Shown here piece after piece: positions 24,191 through 37,337 of a stretch of 64,000 nt of DNA. Made by a program: the position numbers and the translations under genes. Every line of letters starts with the position of its first letter. The first letter of the stretch is position 1. The DNA is from Octopus sinensis (taxonomy: Eukaryota): the NCBI RefSeq assembly GCF_006345805.1, contig NC_042998.1:203484001-203548000 (forward strand), written 5' to 3'. The notes below the pieces were generated by a model. The model ran no database searches. It was not told the origin of the DNA and saw nothing but the letters and a program-made list of their open reading frames with translations.

Positions 24191-25139
24191 CATGCACTCA
24201 CACATGCACACACGCGCGTTTAGTGTTGAATATTGGAAAAAAAGCGTACTTGGCTATGATGATAAAAATGAATAATTCATTCATTTTGGCCGATTTACTC
24301 TCTTGCTACTCTGAGTTTTGCCTGTAAGGTGCTCAAGGTCTTTGGGCAAGTGACAGCTGGTGTAACTTGCCTGAAGTTCCGATGTACTCAGAGTCGCAAG
24401 AGAGTGACTCCACCGAAATACATGCATACACACGCATCTGTATGCATTCATACGTGTACGCACCATGATGCCTATACATATACGAATGCATATGAATCTC
24501 TTCAAGAATATCTACTGATTCCTTTTGTCGACCCCGCCACACAGACCCTTTTTCTGTTTATAGGTCCTAAAATGAATGAAGGGTTATAGTGACCCTACAT
24601 CTATTTTGTATGAGTGAGGGGTAGAATTAAGTCTAAAATGCTCTGTTTAGCACAGCATCTTGGAACTTGATGCAAACATTTCGACTAAACCACGGTTTCT
24701 TTTCCAGATGCAGGGTCCTGGTGTAATTGTATCGATCCCACCGGGCTGAGAAAACTTGCACCTTAGGCATGCCTTTCACCTCTGACATTTCCCCCTTTTT
24801 TTAAATACACAGGCATTCACTGCGTGGGATAAGCAAGAGTCCTGTCAGAACCGGTAGTCAAATTTCCCCCAAAACAATCTCTCTAAAAAAAAAGAAATTA
24901 TGTATTTGATATTATAGTCTAAGATAAATTGTCCGCAATAGTTAGATGGTCACGGCTGGAATGCCTTTGATCACATATGTATTAGAGAAACAACTAATAT
25001 CTGGTCAGTTTTAGGAAGAAAAAGAAATATCTTGCGGCTAACAGAAGAAAAGACACAGATTTTCTTCAGCCCTTTGCTGCTCAACATCGTGGAATTTTTA
25101 TACTTTTACTGGAACCAACTTCACAACTAAAAGAAGTGA

Positions 25140-25555
25140 TTCCGAATTTTGGCACAAGGCCAGCAATATCGGAGGAGTGGGTAAGCAGAGTGCGTCGACT
25201 CCAGTGCGTAACTAGTACTTATTTTATCGACCCAGAAAGGATGAAAGGTAAAGTCAACCTCGGTGGAAATTGAACTCAAAACGTAAAGACGGACGAAATG
25301 CCACAAAGCAATTTATCTTATATATATTTCTTTACTACCCACAAGGGGCTAAACACAGAGGGGACAAACAAGGACGGACAATGGGATTAAGTCGATTACA
25401 TCGACCCCAGTGCGTAACTGGTACTTAATTTATCGACCCCGAAAGGATGAAAGGCAAAGTCGACCACGGCGGAATTTGAACTCGGAACGCAACGGCAGAC
25501 GAAATACTGCTAAGTATTTCGCCCGGCGTGCTAATGTTTCTGCCAGCTCGCCGCC
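25140..25555 (-). mobile_element. SINE family B, tandem partial plus full copy
   Basis: Homology to 4835-5215. Confidence 0.8.
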
Positions 25556-27209
25556 TACATACATACATGTCTGCTTAGAAGCGTGTATACACCCCCACCC
25601 CACCCTATTTTGCGTTTGCTTCTGTCAACTCGTAGCTGAGAACGAGGGTGGTGGTGGTGTTGGTGGTGGAGATGTCGAGTTCCAACGCAATATGGTCGTA
25701 GTCGAATACATTATATTGATTAACCGTGGGGTTGGCAGATGTGACGTTTTAATGCGGTATGGATGTACTGCATTAAAACAAGGCCGTGTGTCCTCTAGCG
25801 TATTGATTAAACGAGGATGCAGATGTGACGGATCTTGGTTGTACTCTTGTCCAATCGTCAGCTTCTGGAGAATTCTTGGTGCAATTAGCAAACCATGCAG
25901 TAGATTTTCGTGACATTTTACTGGCAGCAGAGAATCGGAATAGATTTTTGCATTTGAAGCAATTCGAATTCAGCTCCGTGAGCTAATGAAATATGTCAGA
26001 TCATCAGGGCCCAGCTCCTTAGAGAAGTGAAATGATTCTCCTGCTAAAAATAGGAGCAAAATCACCCTCGAATCGTAATCCAGCGTCGTAAGTATAGAAA
26101 GGATTCTCACATTTTAAGATAACTTTAAATAAATGGGATTGTCATGATTGATCAGAGGTCCGCTGGAGAGGGGTTGGCCTGGAACTAAAGAATAACCGTT
26201 AGTTTCTTGCAGGTTGAGTGATCCCTTACAAGTGCCCTGATTGGTTCAACGAGGAAGTACTTTCGATGTCAACTTGCTCACTGGACTGGCATGAAGTGGC
26301 TGAGTATTCCATGGACATATGAACCCATGCAGTATGTGACAAGGCTGCCCCTTTGAATTACAGGTACGATTCGGTTTATCCGATTGGCTTCTCCACAGTT
26401 TTCCATCTAAGCCCAATTCAGGAAGCCTCTTCAAGTCGAACCGCTATTGCTCCGCATTGAGAGGTCACAGCTTCGGCACTAAGGAAATGGGATTTGAATG
26501 TCACATGAAAGAATCGCAAGACGGATTCTTCAAACCAAACCAACTGGCAGGAGACCCAAGGATAAACCCAAAAGGAAATGGTTGAATAGTATCCATAGCC
26601 TCGATTGGTCACGCTTGGGGGATCCAGCCGTAAAGTGTATTGGGGGTTGCTTCTGGTAAGACCCTATGGAGGGGATGTCTGACGATTCTACCGCTACAAC
26701 ACTGCCAGGAATAGTGAGCAGAGAGGATGGATGTATTGGGTCGACCCTGAGTCTATGATAAAGCCACTTGCCCAAAATGGAATCGAAGCCGGGTCTTTGT
26801 GGTTGCGAAGTGAATTAATCATTCAATGAACAATGATGAAAACTGATTGGTCCTCAACAGTCAAGTCATTGATCAACAGGCTTTCCATCCGTGACTATCC
26901 AATCATATTGTCAGACAATATACTTAGGGTGACATTAGCCATTGAATCCTTCCTTTTAATAATTTTGAAAGTGTGGTTCGAGAGGATTTTGGCTGCCATG
27001 TTTAGCAGGTCGGCTAAGTATGTACTGAGTGACCGCCACAACTGCTTTTCATATTAAGTACATTCGTTGCATTTATGAGTAGAACTGGTAATGGGATTCG
27101 AGCCTTTAGTCACTTGGTTAGGGAAAACAACATCCTAATAATTCGCTCACTACAGCACACACGTACACACACACACACACACACGAAAACATAGATACGT
27201 TCTATTATT

Positions 27210-27725
27210 CTTTTATTCTCTTACTTTTACTTGTTTCAGTCATTTTGACTGCGGCCATGCTGGAGCACCGCCTTTAGTCAAGCAAATCGACCCCAAGACT
27301 CAGGACTTATTCTTTGTAAGCCTAGTACTTATTCTATCGGTCCCTTTTGCCGAACCGCTAAGTTACAGGGACGTAAACACACCAGCATCGGTTGTTAAGC
27401 GATGTTGGGGGATGGGGGTGGGACAAACACAGACACACACATAATATATATACGTATATATATATATATAAATATGGTAAGTAGCTTGCTTACCAACCAC
27501 ATGGCTCCGGGTTAAGTCCCACTGCGTGGCACCTTGGGCAAGTATCTTCTCATAAGGTTATAGTAGAAGATATATATATATATATATACGATGGGCTTTT
27601 TTCAGTTTCCGTCTACCAAATCCACTCACAAGGTTATAGTAGAAGATACTTGCCCAAAGTGCCATGCAGTGGGACTGAACCCGGAGCCATGTGGTTGGTT
27701 AGCAAGCTACTTACCACACAGCCAC
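27210..27725 (-). mobile_element. SINE family A with internal duplication
   Basis: Homology; segment CTCACAAGGTTATAGTAGAAGATA is partly repeated. Confidence 0.8.
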
Positions 27726-27779
27726 TACTAGCTTTAGCACGAGAGTTGCGGCCATTCTAGAGTACCTCTGTTAGCTTTG

Positions 27780-28150
27780 TTACACTTTCATTACTTGAAA
27801 CCTCCTCTGCTATGTGGCATTTGGTGAATCCTGCCCTCATTTCCATATTCTACTGCGATGTAGGTGCAGCCAGAACTCTAGACTAGAGGAGATCCAGTTT
27901 TGTCTTGAACATACCTACAGCTACCTCTCGTAGGTCTCTTAGGTTTTTACAGAGAATACTGAAGGACAGTGGGCCCTTGAGACCTAAGCTTCTGCAGTGT
28001 CTGGTCTTGTCTCAAGAGATGGCGATGTTGGGATCCATGACACTATGCATTGTAACTTTCAATCCAAATTTTGATACAAGTTCTTCGGGATTTTCCAGAT
28101 GCATATCACTGCATAGCTTTTCCGCCTTTGTTTTAAGGGGTAGAGTCATA
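27780..28150 (-). mobile_element. Decayed 3' end of a CR1/L2-group LINE
   Basis: Minus strand SLGLKGPLSFSILCKNLRDL...MFKTKLDLL*SRV resembles the GP.LFN.LP..LR...FK..LD post-RT motif. Confidence 0.5.
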
Positions 28151-28570
28151 AATTCTTCAGCTTCTCGCAGTAGCTGACCTGTCGCATTGGGACGATCTCC
28201 TTTCTGTAGCTTCGCTCGTTTGCTTCGAATTACATTATGTGGTAACCGACCGACCGACCGACTGTCCAACCGTCCGTCCATCCATCCATCCATTCATCCA
28301 ACGACCCTCCATGTTTGTTTTCCTTCGGTTTCCTTGTATGTCTCCTCTGTCCTGTTTTTGTTCCCGACTTTTATTTTAGAACGTATGGGAGCAATTGTCT
28401 TCGAATACTCATATTGTCGTTGAATGCTCGAAATGAGGCGTAGATAGACATCCGACAGCTGATGAAGGGTCCGTTCTTTGTGTTACTTGTCCTGTTTTCC
28501 TTTTGTTTCTCTCGTTGTTTTCGTATTTCCTGTTGTTTACTGTTAGTGATGTCCTGTACCCATATATACA

Positions 28571-28616
<46 letters not shown>

Positions 28617-28670
28617 CAGAAATATACATACACATGTATATTCATATATATATATATATATATATAATAT

Positions 28671-28728
<58 letters not shown>

Positions 28729-28740
28729 CATACATATGTA

Positions 28741-29118
28741 GGCGCAGGAGTAGCTGTGTGGTAATAAGTTTGCTTCCCGACCACATGGTTCCGGGTTCAG
28801 TCCCTCTGCATGGTACCTTGGGCAAGTGTCTTCTACTATAGCCTCAGGCCAACCAAAGCCTTGTGAGTGGATTTGGTAAAGGAAACTGAAAGAAGTGTGT
28901 GTGTGTGGTGTGTGTGTGTGTGTTGTGTGTGTGTTTGTCCTCCCACCATCGCTTGACGACCAATGTTTACGTCCCCGTAACTTAGCGGCTCGGCAAAAGA
29001 GACCGATAGAATAAGTACTAGGCTTACAAAGAATAAGTCCTGGGGTCGATTTGCGCGACTAAAGACGGTGCTCCAGCATGGCCACAGTCAAATGACTGAA
29101 GCAAGTGAAAGAATAAAA
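28741..29118 (+). mobile_element. SINE family A
   Basis: Full head to tail. Confidence 0.85.
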
Positions 29119-29319
29119 GAACACACACACAATCGCGCACACGACGGGCTTCTTTCAGTTTCCGCCTACAAAAACCACTCACTAGGCTTTGGTTGGTCTG
29201 GGGCTATAGTAGGAGCTATAGCCCAAGGTGCCACGCAGTGGAACTGAACCAGGAACCATGTGGTTGGGAAGCAAGTTTCTTACCACACAGCCACAGAGCC
29301 TGCGCCTATGTTCATTTAC

Positions 29320-29800
29320 TTAGTTTTCTTGCTTTGTTTTATTCCTGGGTTCAAATATTTCCAGGGTCTTGAGTTTAGCCTCCCCCGGGAAAAATCCAAG
29401 CATGTACGGGATATATGAAATAACTCTCCTTCCCCACCCTCTGATCATCTTCAAAGTAATATTGGTCCAGTCTTGTACCCACCTCCACCCCAGTATTTTG
29501 GTTGAAAGGTGGGGGAGTGTCGCGAGGATGGCTCTTGTGAATGGGCTTGCTCTGAACATTCACATGTAAACCGGAGTAGTTGAGAAGGAGAAGGGCGCCT
29601 GACGAGGTGCACCTGGCGGTAGGGGTAACCAGGATGTGTGGGGTTCCTCGGTTGTTCCCCTGTATGAGGTTCCTATGTTGCTCACCCCTTTTCGGGAATT
29701 GTTTTTGTTCAATTGTATTGTTAATTGTTCTAAACCCCACTTGTCCTGTGTTATATTGTCCCTATCTGTTTCTTGTGTCCAATATAGAAATCACTGTTAT
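29320..29800 (+). mobile_element. 3' end of an L1/Tx1-like LINE
   Basis: Homologous to 55500-55990 on the opposite strand (VERWGSVARMALVNG vs AERWVYVVRMAHMNG, shared 3' UTR). Confidence 0.5.
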
Positions 29801-29810
29801 TGTTATTATT

Positions 29811-30366
29811 GCGTGAGAGATCAGTACATGCCATCAAAGTGACACTGAGGTACATATATACGAAGCCCAGTATACCCATCATGACTACCCGTCTGATAAG
29901 GGTACACCAGGCACATGCATCACAACCATATGTGCGTGACATGGTGATCTCATATCAAGATAAACAGCGCATGACCTTGCAGGTGGGGCCCAGTTAGAAT
30001 TTTCTTCAGGTCGAGTAACCCATCCTGCTCAAAAGGTCCCTGAATAAGGGTTATTAAAGGATGTTGAAAGAACCAACCATGTTCCCAGAGGTGAATTATT
30101 CAAACCCCAAAGAATCCCTCTCAACACATGGCTATGATACTCCCCCACTACTTCTGCTCGTGATCAGAGATGCACATATCGTCAGTCTCTAAGGGTCATG
30201 CTCAACTGGTTAAGGTCAAACAACTGACAAGCAAATCTGTGGTATTGAGCAGAATATTTGCTGTAGCCCATCTTTTATACCAAGACAAAACAATGTACAT
30301 GATAATACTTCCAATCAGCTAAGGTCAGAAGCCATGAGAGCCACTGCCTGGTACTGCATCAGGGCG

Positions 30367-30369
<3 letters not shown>
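29811..30369. mobile_element. ~560-bp (TAA)n-flanked repeat, copy A
   Basis: Head-to-tail with the copy at 30406-30963, separated by (TTA)n. Confidence 0.85.
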
Positions 30370-30405
<36 letters not shown>

Positions 30406-30963
30406 GAGTGAGAGAGCAGTTCATGCCATCAAAGTGACACTGGGGTAAAATATACGAAGCCCAATATACCCATCATGACTACCCGTCTGATAAAGGTACA
30501 CCAGGCACATGCATCACAACCATATGTGCGCGACATGGTGATCTCATATCAAGATAAACAGCACATGACCTTGCAGGTGGGGCCCAGTTAGAATTTTCTT
30601 CAGGTTGAGTAGCCCATCCCATTCAAAAGGTTCCAGAGTAAGGGTTATTTAAGGATGTTGAAAGAACCACCCATGTTTCCAGAGGTGAACTATTCAAACC
30701 CCAAAGAATCCCTCTCAACACATGGCTATGATGCTCCCCCACTACTTCTGCTCGTGATCAGAGATGCACATATCGTCAGCCACTAAGGGACATGCTCAAC
30801 TGGTTAAGGTCAAACAACTGACAAGCAAATCTGTGGTATAGAGCAGAATATTTGCTGTAGCCCATCTTTTATACCAAGACAAAACAATGTACATGATAAC
30901 ACTTCCAATCAGTTAAGTTCAGAAGCCATGAGAGCCACTGCTTGGTACTGCATCAATGCATTT
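30406..30963. mobile_element. ~560-bp (TAA)n-flanked repeat, copy B
   Basis: High similarity to copy A; (TTA)n on both sides. Confidence 0.85.
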
Positions 30964-30975
30964 ATTATTATTATT

Positions 30976-31053
<78 letters not shown>

Positions 31054-31832
31054 GGCGGTGAGCTGGTAGAGTCGTTAGCACGCCGGGAAAAATTCTTGGC
31101 ATTTCGTCCGTCTTAAAAACGTTCTGAGTTCAAATTCTGTTGAGGTTGACTTTTGCCTTTCATCCTTTCGGAATCGATAAACCAAGTACCAGCTGAGCGT
31201 TGGGGATGACTTGTGTCTATAGTAGAAAGGATCATTATTATAATTAATAGTGGTAGTGGTAGGCCAATTTTGACAGTGTAAACTTATGATCAAATTCTTT
31301 CAAGTCATGACCATTCCGCCTCCCCCCCCCAATAATTTTGTGTACAAAATGACATTTGACTGCTATTTCTAGCAAACCGAAGCCACGTAGAAACTTTCTT
31401 TTCCTAACAGCAATAGCTATTGTTGTTGCTTAGTCCTTGGTCAGCCTTGACCGAGTAACCTCATTATCAAAAGCGTTCTAGTCGTGACCATCCAGTATAT
31501 TCTTCTTCCTTTCAGACGTAGTGGATCTAATGTGTTTTTCTTGTTATCCAGTTGTCCCTTTTTTTTTAAGGCATTAGAATGCTATTTGAAGAAGATTTGG
31601 TTGTTATAGCTAGCAGACTGACTGGCCGTATAGAGGTCTCTACCGTCATATTTTATCGTACAATTAGTAACAATTAGTATTAATAGTTAATACAAAAACA
31701 AAACAAACCCAATCTGATTCCCTCATTATCAATGCCACCATCACAGAACCAACACCACCACAAACAAGACTACTACAAGAACTAGTTTATCATCATCATC
31801 ATCATCATCATTATATTATTATTATTATTCTC

Positions 31833-32019
31833 TTTTTTCTTTTTTACATGTTTCAGCCATTTGACTGCGGCCATGCTGGAGCACCGCCTTTAATCGAGCA
31901 ACTCGACCCCGGGACATATTCTTTTTTTGTAAGCCCAGTACTTATTCTATCGGTCTCTTTTGCCGAACCGCTAAGTTACGGGGACGTAAACACACCAGCA
32001 ATGCTAGGGGACAAACACA

Positions 32020-32083
<64 letters not shown>

Positions 32084-32247
32084 CGACGGGCTTCTTTCAG
32101 TTTCCGTCTACCAAATCTACTCACAAGGCTTTGGTCGGCCCCAGGGCTATAGCAGAAGACACTTGCCCAAGGTGCCACGCAGTGGGACTGAACCCGGAAC
32201 CATGTGGTTGGTAAAGAAGCTACTTACCACAGAGCCACTCCTGCGCC
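31833..32247 (-). mobile_element. SINE family A, full copy
   Basis: Full head to tail. Confidence 0.85.
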
Positions 32248-32689
32248 TATTATCATCATCATCATTACTATTATTATTATTATTATACTTTTACATTTTC
32301 GCCCTAATTTCTCTTTCTCTATCCTCAACTTTTTATGCATCCCCCCTATAACACAGACACACACAGATAGTAAACCTTCGTAATGTCCCCCCCTCATATG
32401 ACATCCCTATGGCAAATAAAGACATCATCATCATCACCAGCAGAATCGTCAGCAGACCAGACAAAATGCTTAGCGGGCACTTCGACCGTTCTAACGTTTT
32501 GTTCTGAGTTCTAATTCCGCCGAAGTCGACTTCGCCTCTCATCCTTTCGGGGTGGGGGTGGGGGTCGATAAAATAAATAAGTATCAGCTGTGCACCACTG
32601 GGCGTGAGGGTGGGGGTCGATGTAATCGCGACGACTTACCCCTCCTCCGAAATTGCTGGCCTTGCGCCAAAATTTGAAACCAAACCACC

Positions 32690-32859
32690 ACCACCACCAC
32701 CATCATCACCACCAACTCCACCACCACCACCACCATCAACTCCACCACCATCAACTCCACCACCACCACCACCATCACCACCACCACCATCATCATCATC
32801 ACCATCACCATCACCATCACCATCATCACCATCATCATCATCACCATCATCACCATCAC

Positions 32860-32912
<53 letters not shown>

Positions 32913-33010
32913 CCATCACCATCATCATCACCATCACCATCATCATCATCATCATCATCACCATCACCATCATCATCATTATCACCATCATCATCATCAT
33001 CATCATTATC
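32690..33010. repeat. Long (CAC/CAT)n trinucleotide tract
   Basis: Direct inspection. Confidence 0.95.
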
Positions 33011-33962
33011 CGTTTTAAATTAGCATCGTGAAGCAAGCTGTCCAGCTGTAGTACAGTGCCGTGTTGTTGGCTGCCAGGTCTGCAACACTAAACACAGACA
33101 ACCAGTGCCAAACCTCACCAAACACAACCAACAAGCGATGTCCAGCATCAAGAAAAACCGAAATCTTTGAGACCAGAACAGACAACAACAACAACAAGAA
33201 CAGAAAACAAACTAAATAAAAGAAAATAGGATCTATTTTACTTCTTTTTTTTCTTCTTTTTCTTTTCCGTCCTTAAAATAGTCCGAAAATTGGTAGCAGC
33301 GATGATAGTGGTGGTAGTAGTAGCGGTGGTGATAGTAGTAATAGTAGTAGTATAGCAGTAGTAGTAGAATTAGGAGGAGTTGTAGTTAAGCGATGGTGTT
33401 GATGGTGCTTAGCGGGAGAAGGAAGAGGAGAAGGGTGAAGAAAGAATAGGAGTGAGAAAACTGTTCTAATAGTTTACTACCCCACCCCACCCCCACCACC
33501 GGGTGGCACACTCACACACACACACTGTGTTGTTGTTGTTGTTCTTCTTCTTCTTCGCTGTTTGCTCCTTCCATTCCACTGCACCGTTTCTTCTCTCATT
33601 CCTTCTTCCTTCGCACTTTCTTCTCGTGTGCTGTGTGTGTGTCTAATTGTCAGGGACCAAAAACTAAAAAGACTCGACAGCTAACAACTTCAACAACAAC
33701 AACAACAAACACAGAAAGAACCAAAAAAATATTAATAAAATAACAAATAACAGAAAGAAGAAGACAAAAAGAAGAGAAAGAAAGAGGAAAAAACAGTAAG
33801 AAGAGAACAAAAGAAAGAGAGAGAGAAACTACCCACGTTGATTTTTGCAGCCGAAGAAAAAAAATAAGACAAGTCGAACTTGGTTCAAATAGTTAGCAGT
33901 GATGGAAGTATGAAGACTGGCAACAGTTGTTAAACAACAACAACAAGAAGAACAACAGCGGC

Positions 33963-34032
<70 letters not shown>

Positions 34033-36189
34033 AACAAACACACATCACCGAGTCTTTTCCCACCAATATTTGTCACTAAATCAAAGAATGTCAGAACACA
34101 ACAGAATTCTTGACAGCCGGGTTACAAAGCAAAGCACATTTACATAAAAATATTTCTAAAAACAAAACTCCGAGGAATTATCAGTTTATTTAAAAAAAAA
34201 AAGAAAATATATTTCGATTAAAAAAAAAACAGTTGGAAAAAATATATTAATAAAAAAAAAAGGAAACTACTAAAGATTTTACCAAAATGAATTACATTGT
34301 TGGAATGGTGCTTTTAAATAAACGAACCCTAAAAGACAAGGTTCGTTAATATTATTTACTATGGTCCCTCGTATTACACAGCACTCTTTACCAAATGTTT
34401 GACGGCACCGATGAAAAAGAAGAAAAAATATTTATCAAGAACTCTACATCGATTTTTGAAGAGTCTTTTAGAATGTAAACTACCCTCGCTTGTGTGTTTA
34501 AGTGTGGTACCACCGGATTTCTGTTTTGTGATTACGAAGATTTCGAGGAAATTTATTTATCTCAGTAATTAACAAGTAATTATCATTCTTTCTCTTGGAA
34601 TCTACCGTTTTTAATTATCATTTTGGATGTCTTTATTTCTTCTTCGCCAAAATATAAAACTGACATTCTGTATAAAAGGGAAACAAAGGTCTGTCTCGCT
34701 ATAAAAGCATTAAGTAAAAGTGAGATAATTAATCTTCGTCAGGAGATATTAATTTCGGTTTAAGACAAGGATTACCGAAATAACTTCTTATAATTAGAGA
34801 AACCTTTCGAAAAAGAAAAAAAAAGTAATTGTTGAACGAATGGAAAATAAAAATAAAAGATTATCGTTTTCATTGACAACAAGGAATGAAAAATATATAT
34901 ACATGTCATAGTGAAGAGAAGCGAATATCAAGAATTTGCTTTTGTCTAATAAGACGACAAATTCTTTGAACATCGAGAAATTTTGAGTAAAAGACGTTGA
35001 GAAAAACAAGAAAAGGAAACTAGCCTCTCACTACGACCTGATGGCTTCCTAATATTAGTCTTGTTTTTCATGTAGATTGAATAACGGTAACGTATCTCTG
35101 GCTTTCTGTGATACGTCAGTGTCGACCGAGGAGTAAAAGCGCAAGTTGGTGAAAGAATTGAGGGAAAACCCCCTCCTTGTGATAATTCTCGCTTTGAAGT
35201 TCCCACCTCAACACGTCTTAGTTATATGTGGAAGCAGATTGAAAAATTGTGAATTTAACTGTGTAATTATAAAGTTAAATTATTAATTAAAAATGTGTTA
35301 ATGACAATATTGGGTGAATGAGAGAGAAAGCAGGTGAAAGAGAGCGAAGTGTGGAAGAATTTATTTGTAAATTGTACCTAAGAAAGAGAAACTAAGGCAA
35401 AAGATAAAGACGGCATTAAGTAGCAGCAGTGACTGGAATGGTATCAAAAGAAGACTGGGGGAGATATTTATATATAAGAAGAATAAAGACTTCTTAAGTA
35501 GCTCCCTAATACTGATAAGAGCTTTCAGATAATGAGTGGAGGGGTAAATAAAGTTGAACGAAAGGGAACAGGGAGCAGAAACGATCCATCAAAGTGGGTA
35601 GATTCATTGAAGAAGAATTCTTTCAAAGTTTAACCATTCCAGCAAGTTACCGGCTGTAAACTTGTTGACAAATATATAAATTAGAGACGGGACAGGCGGC
35701 GGTGAAGTAAAGTGTTATTAGCTTCCAAGTTTTCGTTTTTAATTCGAGCTTGACAAATAAAATCTATTTTAATTCTATGTGTGTGTGTGTGTGTGTGTGT
35801 TGAAGAAATTAATTTTTCAAAAAATATCTTGTTGAATATTTGTATTTATTTCTAGAACTACTTGTTAAAACCATATTCTATAGAACTGACCGATAGAGAA
35901 ATTTATTTAAATGTTACTAAAAACGAAACAAAAACAATAATTTGTATTTTCAGTGATATTTAAGTTTGGAAAAAATTCCCCCGACTAAAAGTTGTATGAG
36001 ATTGAAACTACTGTGATATATAAAAACCTGTGGATATATATTTTTAATAACCATAACCAAGAATTAAAGCGGTTGGTCATCGCTTTAAAAATTAACCTGT
36101 TATCTGTCAGCAAAGAATTGCTTCTACTACTAGTGTTACTACTACTACTAACAAAGGTCGCTGATAATCGATATTTATTTGCTACAAAC

Positions 36190-36225
36190 TGTAATTGACA
36201 ATGATAAATATATTATTTTTAGGTC
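36190..36225 (+). promoter_or_regulatory. Candidate splice acceptor for the RAPSN coding exon (implies an upstream non-coding exon)
   Basis: TTGAC branch-like motif at 36195-36199, AT/pyrimidine tract TATTATTTTTAG|G at 36222/36223; the same bases include a CACGTG E-box. Inference only. Confidence 0.3.
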
Positions 36226-36401
36226 ACGTGTAGGAATTACAGAGAAAATATTTACATAAAAACGAGTAAAACGTCCTCATGAGCACGGTCCAAACAACAT
36301 CGCGAACTGGAGACATCCAAGTCGTTAAGTCTGCTTTTAAAAAAGCAAGAGTGAATTAAAAGACTGGACAAAAAGAGGAAGAAAAACAGACAAATTGTGA
36401 G

Positions 36402-37337
36402 ATGGGCCAAAAACTTGTGAGGACAGAGATTAGGAAAGGACTTCGAGCGTATGATGAACACCGCTATGACGAAGCTGTTCAAACTTGGCAAACTGTATTG
36501 GCCAGGGTGAAAGACGATAGCAAAAAATTCGAAATTCTTGGTTACCTTTTGAGGGCCCACGAAGATGCAGGCAGACTCAAGCAAATGTTGCTGAATTCCG
36601 TGGCCCAGTTGAATTTAATCACTGCCAGATATCAAGCTAAACAAAAGAAAAGAAAAGACAGAAAAGACCGAAAAGACAGAAAAGTGAGCAACAAGAGTAA
36701 TAATAATAAAAGAGTGAAGAAAGAAAGTAAAAAGACGCGTAAAACGAACGAATTTTATTGGAAACATTTGTCCGTTGCTTACTTGAATTTAGCTCGGAGC
36801 AACGTGAAACTGTGCGAATATCACAAAGCCATTTGTTATAGCCATCACTGTATCCAGACGGAAATGTTATTAAACGGTAACGGATCGAGTGACCTGACCA
36901 CTCTGCCTCGCCACTACTCCCCGCTGGCAGTAACCCTCAGCCCCGTTGCCAGCATCTCTCATCTGCCGCTGCATGGTTATGCCTATCTGACACAAGCGCA
37001 GGCCTATGTCGGTCTGGGAGAATTCCCAAAAGCCTTACAACACTATGACGTAGCACTGGAAGTTGCCAATGCCAGATGCGACTCGATTTTAGCCATGTTG
37101 GTCTGCATTGGGTATGGTGACATGTTCCTTTCATTAGGTGACACTTTCTCAGCCCTTGGCTGGTATAAACGTGCCTATGGACACTTAAAAACTCCGAAAA
37201 TTTCCGAGACACGCAGTGGCCCGCAACTTTGTCCGGTTACCCCGGCAGCAAGCCGGTACCAACGTTTACTAAACCAGCGGGTATCGGACTGCAATCGGAA
37301 AATGGGTAGAACTGTCGAAGCTATGGAAACATGTGAG
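36402..37337 (+). CDS. RAPSN: Rapsyn (43 kDa receptor-associated protein of the synapse), first coding exon, 312 codons; gene incomplete in window
   Basis: Translation aligns by eye with recalled vertebrate rapsyn: MGQKLVRTEIRKGL (MGQDQTKQQIEKGL), EILGYLLRAHEDAGRLKQML ([20 protein letters not shown]), [21 protein letters not shown] ([21 protein letters not shown]), GLGEFPKALQHYDVAL (GLSVFQKALESFEKAL), MGRTVEAMETCE (LGRLGSAMECCE). Phase-0 donor GAG|GTAAGC at 37337/37338; the last 6 ORF residues are intronic read-through. Confidence 0.93.

Noticed and set aside
25410-25913. 167-aa plus and 88-aa minus ORFs
   Set aside because: The first starts in SINE B; neither has a recognisable domain or splice support.
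32584-33036. Poly-His, poly-Met and poly-Ser ORFs
   Set aside because: Translations of a (CAC/CAT)n microsatellite, open in several frames, with no domain or splice support.
34946-35206. 86-aa minus-strand ORF upstream of RAPSN as a divergent gene
   Set aside because: No recognisable homology; cannot be supported without RNA data.
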